Assembly (NCBI GenBank): GCA_030141605.1
Contig: JAQGDQ010001290.1
Location: forward strand, 1 to 49,453
Direction of reading: 5' to 3'
DNA length: 49,453 bases
From: Tubiluchus corallicola
Taxonomy: Eukaryota; Animalia; Priapulida
Position 1 is the stretch's first letter, and the number at the start of each line of letters is the position of its first letter. The notes beneath the pieces are model-generated. The model did no database searches. It was not told where the DNA came from and saw nothing but the letters and a program-made list of their open reading frames with translations. Of this stretch, positions 9,939 through 21,900 are shown one piece after another. Both the position numbers and the translations under genes were made by a program.

Positions 9939-12900
9939 CTAAAAGTACTCTATATTTGCCTGTATTTAATTAGCTGCTGCTTTGTTAAGCAATGTAGCTG
10001 TACCTAACTATTTTTGCAAGTATTTTTTCTCACCTAACATTGAATAATGTTTTACTGTAAAAAGTGCAAAATTTCAGCATTTTATCCATCGTAAGTTACT
10101 ACTTACTTAACTGATTTCGTATAATTTATGAACTACATCAGATACTTACTGTAGTATTGCCTAGGTCTAATAATGGTTCGTCATCATCTAGTAATGGCTG
10201 AAGTTCTGGAGAGTTTTGAGGACTAGATTCTATATCTCGCTGTATTTCAGCTTGGAGTTTAACAAAATTAATAAATACCTATGAAATAGAAAAATGCAGT
10301 GTTACATTGTACTGGAGTAATTACTGTAGTATTGCCTAGGTCTAATAATGGTTCGTCATCATCTAGTAATGGCTGAAGTTCTGGAGAGTTTTGAGGACTA
10401 GATTCTATATCTCGCTGTATTTCAGCTTGGAGTTTAACAAAATTAATAAATACCTATGAAATAGAAAAATGCAGTGTTACATTGTACTGGAGTAATTACT
10501 GTAGTATTGCCTAGGTCTAATAATGGTTCGTCATCATCTAGTAATGGCTGAAGTTCTGGAGAGTTTTGAGGACTAGATTCTATATCTCGCTGTATTTCAG
10601 CTTGGAGTTTAACAAAATTAATAAATACCTATGAAATAGAAAAATGCAGTGTTACATTGTACTGGAGTAATTACTGTAGTATTGCCTAGGTCTAATAATG
10701 GTTCGTCATCATCTAGTAATGGCTGAAGTTCTGGAGAGTTTTGAGGACTAGATTCTATATCTCGCTGTATTTCAGCTTGGAGTTTAACAAAATTAATAAA
10801 TACCTATGGAATAGAAAAATGCAGTGTTACATTGTACTGGAGTAATACCCGACTTTACTGCGCAAAGATGGCATAAAAAATTAAGTTTTATCAGTTATAT
10901 AAAGTATGCGAAAATGCACACAGAAAGAAGAAATATTTTAATAAATAATTCCATTGGTAGTTGTCAGAATTACAAAACAATGTGATATTGGTATGCACTA
11001 TCAGTCAATTGGGCAGCATTTAGTGATAATCAGCCATTAGGTAGTGCAAGAACATTGATCAGCAAATTTTATTTGTTAGTTTACAAGATCTGAGCAGATT
11101 TAAAAACTGTTTAACTTCCATGTCTAATCAATGTCACACTGGTTACTGATAGGGTTGGAAAATATACATCACTCCCTTTCTGCAGTTTAAACACAAATTG
11201 GTCCAGTATAGGTTCATCTCTGGTGTGAGTTAGGGTATAACCAGGGGCATATTAACCAGCAAGCTAACTAGGCTATAGCCCACGGCACCAAAGTTTGAGG
11301 GCGTCACATTTTAGAAAATATTCTTATTTTCCTCGGAAAATGTGTACAACTTTCATATTCATGTAAAGGGCCCATTTTATGATACACCACAGGCAGTTAC
11401 TGAATGCAGATTTCATATAAGTGCCACATAACAAACAGGTGCAAGGTATTAGACGCGCAGTTGCACAGCCTGCTTGAATATAGGCGCTATGCAAGTACAC
11501 ATAATTAATAATGACCACATAGAAACTAGGTTAATAGTGTTTCTAATACACCACAAGTAACTTTTAACCTGCTCATTACATAAACAACCATAAATTCACA
11601 ATACCGATGGGAGGGATAAAACTATCAGCCTAGGATGTCGTAAAGTCTTGGTACGCCCCTGGTTACAACCACTGATCAGCACACTTTTAATTAAACTTAC
11701 ATTGTCTAAGGTTTTCTGCGAAACAGAGTAATCTTCAATATCTAACTCTGACTGCATCTTCTCCATCGTGGAAAAAATATTTGCTAAATAGATATCTTCT
11801 GGTCTCAGTTCATATTGCAACATGTTGTGATGCTTTTCCTACAGAAAGTATTAATGTCCTTTAATGATAAATACTGAATGAGCAGACATGCTGTGATACT
11901 AACTTACTCTTTATAAAGGAAAAGTATGTATGTAACGATAATATCAAATAAAGTTATAGCTTTAAAATAATACTGGGGAAATTGTCCCTATATTGGAGAT
12001 TTGTTGCAAATTTTTTAAATTATTAATTAATCTGAATTTGCAACATACTAGACTTTGTTACTTTCTACGAAACCAGATTTTTTTCTCTCTGTTGCTATTT
12101 CAAGTTAATGGAAACCTTTCAACAGTACTGTGTTAACCTAGCTTGAATTTTTTACAGTTTCAAAATGCGTTAAATTAACGATAAATATGATGTTCTCAGA
12201 AATCAGAAAAGTACCTTGAGCGTTGCTTTTGGCAAGTGTCGCATGAAATAACGTATGACTGGATCCAAGTTAGGCTGTGAGCCTTTAACACGAACTGTTA
12301 TAGTGTAACCATCCCCAAATCTGAAATTTTATGCTAATATTAGATGCCATAGTGACACAAAATGTCTAGCTGTTTATTGGTTTTATAATACAAATAAAAG
12401 CTATCAGTTACATATAAACCAGCCAATTGGCAACCAGTCAATCACTAATGAACTAATGTACACAGCTAATACCTTGTACAGTGATACCCCGAGATACAAA
12501 ATGAATTCGTTCCGGAGGGAATCTCGTATTTTAGAATTTTAGTATTATGAAACAAGATTTACCCTATAAACGGCGTAATTCGTTTCAGCTGCCCCCCCCC
12601 CCAAAACAGTCGTATAAAGTGTAATTAAACGTATGCCACTTTCATATTTAGCTATAATTTCAAGCTTTGTTTCCATCGACATCATCCTTTTCTTTTTATC
12701 ACTAGCACTGGCACTTGCTTTTTTCGGACCCTTGATTATTGAATGCGTTTACGTGAGATAAGAGCACAACAAAGCGTACACGTGATGCTATGAGATGCAT
12801 TCTGGGAGGACCGCTGTGTGTCGGGCAACACTTTCGATTTCCGTTTTCATATCTTCAATATTTTTTCGTTAAATGGGACAGAAATTTCTTCGAAGCCTGA

Positions 12901-15900
12901 CTCGTATTCTGAATTTTTCGTATAATAGGGTTTTCGTAAGTCGAGGTTCCACCGTACATGGAAAAAGTAAATTATAGTTTTTGTTAAGTGAAATACCTGT
13001 TTTTTAAATGCTGCGTTGAGCCAAGGCACTTGAACTGCCCGTTAACCATGATGGCTAATCTAGTGCATAATACTTCACATTCCTCCATACTAAAGACAAT
13101 GCAAACACAAAATGTAACCAAACAGCATATTCTTCAAACGGTTCAGCAAAAATTTCGTATTAAGATGAGTTAAAATGCGAATCAGGAAAAGAAAATCAAA
13201 CAAAATATTATTAAAAATAAATCTTCCTGGTTTGAATTTTTAAAGATAAATAAATTTTTAATGATACTACAACACAAACCATTACGCATGAAACATGAAA
13301 CTCTTATACATGAAAGCAGAATGCATGCCATGTTCCTCATTAACACATCAATAATACAAACTTGTTAATAGACTTCAAATTTAGGTTAATAATCTTGAGA
13401 CTGTGAGCCTTTCATCACAATTTTTTACTGCATATAGTAATAAGTTCATTAAAATGAAAAGTGACAAAAATTAGTAGGACAGATTTCAACAACAATAAGA
13501 TTAAAGAAAAACCGGATGATTGTGTAAACATGAGTTCAGAATAAAGAATGCTCTAAAATATTGAAAACTACAATAGCTTATTTTAAATCAAAGCTTAGAT
13601 TAAATGATAATTACCTCGGATACTCAAATTTTGTTAAACTTTCAAAGCTATACACGGCTCAGTGAATCTACTAAGATTGACAGCGGCGCCTTTTTGTCAC
13701 AGTCGTTTGGCGACAAATAGAAGGCGGTACCATGATAACCATGATCATGAACTGCTAGTTTCATATGATGTAAAGCCCCTTTTTCATGACATCATGCGTT
13801 TAAGCAGTACTGTAACACCTATGCAAATGTGCTTGACGCAAAACGGAAGACGCCTGCCATTGCACAAACTGTGGTTAGTTTCAGACGTAAGCAATAGCTG
13901 TGTTTGGTAGCCGTTAATTAACTTTCTAAGCTAATTATTCAAATATAAGGAACAATTGTTAACTTTCATAGGCAAGAAAATGTATATTTTGTACAGTAAA
14001 TTAAAATAAGATTGAGTCTAAACAATCATCGGTCTTCCTTTAAATACATCACAGTTGCAACAGTAAAGAGGTTATCTACTGTAGTTACATGACCAAGTAC
14101 ATTTAGTGTACCATACCTATGTGAAGTTAAAACAACTGACCGCCCCTCTTTAACTAGGCTGTGAACCAACTCCCATAGGAACCTCCTAGACTGTGGATCC
14201 ATACCCGTAGTTGGCTCATCCTGCGCAAATCAAATACTGCCAGTTTTTATGACGTAAGATACCAAATTTGGGAAAAACTAGATAATATAAAGTTGAAATA
14301 TTCATATTATGTGTAAATTAAATACAATACATACATGCTCAAACAAGTGTATCTGTATATACATGTGTATGCGACCTACGTCATGTATAATTTATTGTTT
14401 CAGAAAATTAGAATCACATTTCTGTTTTGTAAGTAAATTAAAACAATAGTAAAAGTAACAGCAACCGATCCCATAATTTTCAAGAATACTATTATTATAT
14501 TATTACTGTTCAAACAGTAAATTACAAGGCACATCTACAGATAAATGTATGGACAATTCGATTAAGCTAGAAGCTTAACCCTTTCACTATATAGTTGCTT
14601 TTTGACAGGGCCGCATTGGCTTTTGCACATTTGACAATAACTTCTTGTGGTGTGTTACTAAAATAGAATCTTGTACATAAACAAATAGTTGTACGTTATT
14701 GAGTACTAATATTAAATATTTGTTTCACTTACACACAATCACACATGCACGTGCACACCCACATAAATAAGCAAATACTTATATTTAGAAGGCCCATGAG
14801 CTGCATCCAGCCCGTGACAGACTGCCAAATGGTACGTCAGCTTGCCCACTTAGCAAAGAGCAGCCCGGACTTGCATTTTTTTTATATAACTGACGTAAAT
14901 CATTGTCTGTTACGCTGCTCAGCTATCTGCAAGTTGGAATCCAGCACTCTCCCGCATAGCCTACACAATGCACATGTTTGTGAAGGGACCTTATTATCAA
15001 GATAATCTTTTTGTTGAAACATTAGACTACCAGCAGTGTCTAAGTTCGTTTATATATGTGTATGTATGGATCCTCTCTTAATGAAGTAAACACCCATAAG
15101 TATTATGTGCTCTAGTAAGAGTACTGAACCTGGCACTGACTTGGCCATTTACCGGCCAGGCTCAATGTTGCTTAACTTCAATTACTAAGCAAACATTGTG
15201 AACACTCGGTTATTCAACCCGTTCTTGTTGCATAGCACTGTTACACTTTTAGTACAATGGATACCTGATAACAAAAGTCGTTGCAGCTTATTATTGATAT
15301 CTCAATTATTAATAATTTTCAAAGGCTTTATTACTAATCACAAACCAGAAATATCACAGGTGGATGTCCTATTAAAGCAATGGCAGTGCTTAGTTTTCTT
15401 TTGTTTCCTCCACTGTACGTTCCCGACGGCACATTAGCATACTCGGTAAGCGCAAGCTTCTTCAGGGCCCACTGCACAACCTAGAATATTCATGTTCTTC
15501 TAAATTCTATTTGAAGTAATGAAAAATAAAAACTAGGCTTTTTACGGTAAACAAAAACAGCTAAAACCTAAATTTCTTTTATGGAAATTTAACATTATTT
15601 AGTAGTAACACTGATCAGTACTGAAAGGACAAGAAAAGGGGTACCTGAAGTAGGTTTCGGAAAAATTGCCTTAAAAGATTATACTACTTTACAACAATTT
15701 TATGCATATATCGTCTTCAAGTTAAAAGGAATTTTAAATTTCCTGCAATAGCGAAGTCGCCATTACATGACGTCATTACGCAAATGTAAATCAGGGAAAG
15801 AAAAGGCAATGTTAAATTATGTCCCAAAAAACTTTCCATGCAAATCTATAAAGACTTATGTAACTAGAAATACTAATATCAAATGTTGGTAAAATGTCGC

Positions 15901-18900
15901 TGACCCACCCTCCAGAATGCACCACTCATTAGCCAAAAATGTATTTTAATCTTATTGACAACATACAGTAATTTAAAAATTTACTTAGTTAGCAACATGT
16001 ATGCTACATATGCTCTGGTTATTTTTTTCAAGGTTTACACAATGTTACCTAAACTTGTTTCAAATGATCTACATTAAAATGGCTGCGCCTAACGGTCATC
16101 GCAGAAGATTAAATTTACAGTGTTGCAGCCGATGTAAGCCAAGCATGCAAAAAGGAAGTACGTAAGTGGTATAAAATTTCAAGACGAATTTTTTAAGCTT
16201 TATGTAAGTGGAGGGTTTTCTTGTGCTTTAAATAAAAATAGCACTCTGGCAAACAGACATTTGACAAGCAATAGGAATCTAAATACATACATTAAAAATT
16301 CTTTTCAAACAATAAACTACCTCATTTAAGTTACTGCAGCTTAACTTCGAAGAATTAAAATCTCAGAAACACTAAATTTAACTTAAAAATACAAAGCACA
16401 AAAAACATACACAAACTAATTTTGAACAGCTCTGAAAAAGTTTTGGAGACGAAGTTTAAATAAATTAAAATTTGTTCCTAAGCATACCTGCTTTTCACAA
16501 GAAAGTGGAACACCTCTGAATCGCGCATACATAGTAAGATGCTCAATAGCTGTTAGCTCATCATACAATGCATCAAACTGTGGGCAGTAACCAATTTTTT
16601 GTTGCACCTTTCTTGTGTCTTTGGTGATACTAAACAAATGGTAATAAGTATTGATTTACAAAGCCAGTCCAAACTGAACCAAATTATTGAACAAATACGT
16701 CAACGTAAATTCAAAAAAATATATTCACTTATAGCCGTGGGCGTGATTTTTGACTACGATAATTGGAAGTTTTAATAAAGTTGTGTTGTTTTGGCTATAA
16801 ATGTTTTTAAGTGCCTGTAATAGAAATATATATTCACTGTAATTTGTACATGCCCAGAGGCATATACTATGTCAATTCCAGGCAATAAATCTTGAATCAG
16901 ATGCTGAACTTTTATACAAAGTGCAGCATACACTTGATACACAAATTCTTAGAATGCGGTAAAAAAATATTATGCTTGCCTTTCCCCATTGAGAAAAGAG
17001 TCACCAGCAGTTATGCTGGTATCACCAGTTAACATTCTGAAAGTCGTCGTTTTTCCTGCTCCATTCACACCCAGAAGTCCAAAACACTAGAAGAGTAATG
17101 AAAAGGACAGCTTTTTTACTTTTTTTAATAACATGCTTACGATAAATATAATATATCGAATACATCGCTATAGTGAATAAAAAATCACACTGTATGATGT
17201 AGCATCATACGTTGATGTTGACGATAATTAGGATAGCGATGACGACGGTGATGACGATGATGGTGACAATAGAGGCTCTACTAAGATGAAATGTTTTTGT
17301 CCAGAGTGCAGGTTGGCTTGTTTGTGTAAATAATTGTAAAAAGGTCTAGTTACAAAACTGGCAAAATTTGGAATAAATATATATTGAAATTACATACATT
17401 ACACTGAAAAATTACGTTGAAATTTCCGTAAAAAAGTTATATTAATTATAATCTTTAACTGATGAGTCAATAAATAGCTATCTTTGTAGAAACCGTCACT
17501 GACCTCTCCCTGTGGAATACCAAAGCATAGGTTATTGACAGCATGAATTTTGCCTAGTTTTCTTGTTGAATACACTTTACTCAAATTCTCTACTCGCATC
17601 AGGTCTGTGCTGCCGCGCAAAATGCGACGACGTTCAGTGCTGACATCTACATCTTCTTCAATAATCGTACGATAGTCCATTTCTAAACGCCTCCTGAAAG
17701 AAGTTGCCATTAATCGGTTTCACATTATTCTTGTTTTGAGTTAAGCAATAACAGCTGCTATATTGCATTAAAAATAAATCCCAAATAAAACCGTATCAAA
17801 AAGAAGTACAGTAAGTCCTTGCTTAATGATTACCCATTTAACGACGTTTAAAACAATATGAAAAATAAGTACAGTAAGTCCTTGTTTAATGATTCCCCGT
17901 TTCAAGACGTCTCACTTAAAGGACGTCGATCATTTGATACCCTTTTCACTTAACAACGCACGTTTCGATATAACGACAATTCTTTTTACTTTGCTCAAGG
18001 CAATATTATTTGATTAACAAAATGTTTACGTAATTTGAAGCATTAAAACAGTACGTATTAAGTTATTCTGTTCCAAAAACGCACTAGTAACGTAAACAGT
18101 GTAATTATTAAACATGTCTTTGCTTCCAGACTGACTACTAACGCTACTGCTGTACTACTAACGGTTTGTAGCAACTATCAAATCACCAGCAAGCAATTCA
18201 GCCTACAACCTGTTGCTGTAGCAACCAGACTAAGCATGTAGGTAAAATTTCCAAGGAGGGTTTGACTCTGCAGTGTTTTTTGTTCAACCGATGATTAGAT
18301 TTAAAAGTTAGCGAAAGAGAAACCGCTATAGCTAGTTACTGGTAAGAGAAATATATACATATGGCTTCAGGCAAACAGGAAGACATTAATCAGTAGAAAT
18401 ATGAATAAAACTCATAGAATGTTTAACTTCTATGATGTAAGCAGTATTGATTTTTGTCTCTGGAATGTATCTCAATTCTTTTACATTACTTCCTATGGCT
18501 CCGTTTAACGACATTTTGCTTAATGTCACAATTGTCACATTATGTTGGAACACATTAGGCGAATTAATCGAGTACTTACTGTATTGCTAGTTTAATCTGA
18601 AAGCATCCACAACAATTCAGTAGCAAGAGTATTTTAATAAGATAAGATAAAATAAGATTTTTAGTTAAACTCGATAGCTAGAATGAGCCACGAGCTCCTT
18701 TACATCCAGGTCGAGTGAAGTGCAAGGTTTTAATTTAAATGATATAGCCAAGATTAACTAGACAGTTAGCAGTACACAATGATCATACTTTGGTTTAAAG
18801 AAATTGAAGAAGAACTTATATTCTGCCAACAATGTGATGATGAAGAATAGTATTCCAACTCCAGCCATCATTGCTAAACTCCTAGGAACCAAATGCCAAA

Positions 18901-21900
18901 CAAATGGAGATTGTATCTTATCAAACTGACCTGTAATCAAATAAACAAACTTTTCTTTACAATAGAAACTTTGATTTTGAAGCAGTTGGTTATCACTTAA
19001 GTAGCTGCCCTCTTTACCACCAACGTGATCTATTTACAAATCTCTGCACTCTTTTATCAGCTTTTAAAATCAATGTTTGCAGTCTTGCAACAAATGAACT
19101 TGTACGTTTGTTCCCGCACAGGAACCATACCTAGATAATTCTGTGAACACTTAAATTTCTGTTTCAGTGCAGTCTTTTATTACAAACACTAAGCACTAAG
19201 TGCTTCAACTAGCGTTAACTTTGTTACTCTTGCTACATAGTAATGTTTATAATTATTGCACCATTTTTTGTACTTTGTGGTCACCATTGTTCTGCATCTG
19301 CCTAGCGTTTCGCTCCCACCAGGGGAGAACATATATCAGTTGTAAAACCGTCTGTTTCAAACCTAGTTTGTCAGGCTACATCTTTAATAAAATTATGTTT
19401 AACTTTGCACAAAGTGCTAAAACAACTTGTCTGTGGAATGTTAATTTAATTGGTTTATTAATAAATTAATTAATTAATTTAATGGTTTAATAACAGCACG
19501 TCTTACCAGTTCTGATGTAATATTCATTATAATATTCATTAAACGCGACGTCCATTAAAGTTCTGCCAAGAGCGTAGTTGGGAAATATTAGAAATATTTT
19601 TTTCAGAACGTTATGTACCATTTCGAAATACTGAAAAAATAAAGAAAATGTTTTTTAGGTTAATATAATGCTATATACACTAACTTTATATTTAACTCGG
19701 CAGGAGGTCAAATAGGGGTAAAATAAAGTCATAGGTGAACCACAAGTCCTTTCCAAGGTCACATATATGCTACTGCCCTGATTACCCTAAAATTGCTGAA
19801 TACTTGTCAAAAACTTTTGCAGGAAGACACTTACTATTTAGTATAAATTAACTTGTTTGCAAATATAAGCTAAAAGTCCTAAATCTGCTTCGCTTGTCAA
19901 ACTCTCCACCTAACGAAGTAAGTTTCACTTCTGTCCATTCGTCTAGAATAATTTTCAGATTCTTTCAACTCACTAATCTTACTCAAGATTTTGGATTTGC
20001 TGTTTCTTTGCAGACGTCAGTTTATATCAACTTAATATCAAATTTTTCTTGTGCATAATTACCTCGGTTAATGTCATTATGTTATATTAAAGGTTCCAAT
20101 CACGTAAATGTACATTTAAAACTAAAAATAAATAAAAAAACTTAAAAAAACAAAACTGCCAACTCTTACAGTTGGGAAAACCCGGAGTAAACTAAAACAG
20201 ACTTGTAATATTTGTTTCATACAGTCAACTATAGTCTGTTTGAAACTCTGTTTTACTAGCAAATAATGAAATCATTCTTTCAATTTTTCTTGCTTTCCCA
20301 CTCATTATTTTTTTATTTAATAAAAAACCTACACAACACTTTCCTTTACCAAGCCGCTCATTACCCACCACAAATGTTAACAAGTAACAGTTGGCAGCAG
20401 CAATTCCATGCCATTAGTACTTTATGCGCGACAACTATGAAAACTGCTTGTTACACACGAAACGTTTCATTCTTAAATAACACAAACGCTGCAGTAAAAT
20501 GCAAAAATGCGACCTTTTAACAGCTTAAATGCAAATAAAATATTTATTAAATAGAGAAGTGAAAAACCTACACAAAACTTTCCTTTACCAAGCCACTCAT
20601 TTCCCACCACAAATGTTAACAAGTAACAGTTGTCTGCAGCAATTCCATGCCATTAGTACTTTATGCGCAACAACTATGAAAACTGGTTGTTACACACGAA
20701 ATGTTTCATTCTTAAATTACACAAATACTGCAGTAAAATGCAAAAATGCGACCTTTTAACAGCCTAAGTGCAAATAAATATTTATTAAATAGAAAAGCGA
20801 AATGTAAGCATTAGTTACGTACGGCATCATAGGAGAAAACTTCCATTAGGAAACTAGTAACCAGACATGTTATTCCTACAAATAAATTCATGACGATAAG
20901 GCAAATGTAAGCCATGCTTGGTTCCTTGAAAAAGAACGATGCAGGGTACATAACAGGTGACACCGACCATCTGCAAGAGACAATTATTAAAAAAATTAAA
21001 AACATTTTTGAAAAGATACACAGTTAGGGCCAGATTATGATCTTTTGAGGTCTACAGGCTAATGAAATTACAGGGCCCTCAGACGGTGCGCCACCCTCTA
21101 ACTCGACTGCACCCGTCTTGAGTGTATTTTGCTCATTATAAATTTTAGTGATATTTGCACACCTTGCAGCAAACTTATTGCAAATTCTTTAAATAAACTA
21201 GAATAGCTATCTTTTTGTCTGCCAATAAAATTTTCTTTAAGAAATACCACTATTATACTATTTAATACAACCAAACTAGCACATATTTTAGTACAACCGT
21301 AGTGAACAAACAGATTTTTTTTTACAAAACGTTATCAAAGTTAGAGAGCACCAAACTTGAAGAGCCCTATACCGCAACGTACACTAACTTATAGGATAAT
21401 TCGGTTAGGTATATAACATAACTTGTTGTAGGTTTTGAAATCAAATTTGGAAAAAATGCAGACACTTACACAGCTTTCTAATAGCATTTGCTAAGGCCGC
21501 CCACAAAAAATTAGTTTCTGTCTTATCTCATGAGCTCAAAAGATATCAGTAGGGAGGGAGGAAAAATATTTTTTCAAAAAAAAATTTTTAAAGCATTGAA
21601 AATGTTAAAAGCTGAATTGTGGAAAATTTAAATTCAGTTGAAATTAAAGTTTGTTTATTTCCTCCACTGGTGAGCAGTAATGCTTTAAATTTTTTTCAAT
21701 GCAGAAAATTTAAAATCAGTTGAAATCAAAGTTTGTTTATTTTCTTCGCTGGTAAGCAGTAATGCTTTAAATTTTTTTCAATGCACATTTTTTCATGCTT
21801 AGTTTGATGTGTCGCATTACTAAATAATCTTATAATTATTGATTTTCCGTGTAGTTTATTTTTGTATGTTATGAACATATGTTCTGATAATTATGGTACA

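Larger units (their letters stand above)
10146..10845 (-). repeat. 175-bp tandem repeat x4, each unit containing a complete ABCA2-like exon
   Basis: Units start at 10146, 10321, 10496 and 10671; identical except one substitution near 10809. Confidence 0.97.

Noticed and set aside
15150-15182. 5S rRNA-like stretch (GAAGTTAAGCAACATTGAGCCTGG on the minus strand)
   Set aside because: Only about 25 nt of resemblance; at most a decayed 5S-derived SINE remnant, not an rRNA gene.
20266-20759. Two similar short ORFs as a duplicated small gene
   Set aside because: They result from a 239-bp intronic tandem duplication and have no recognisable protein features.
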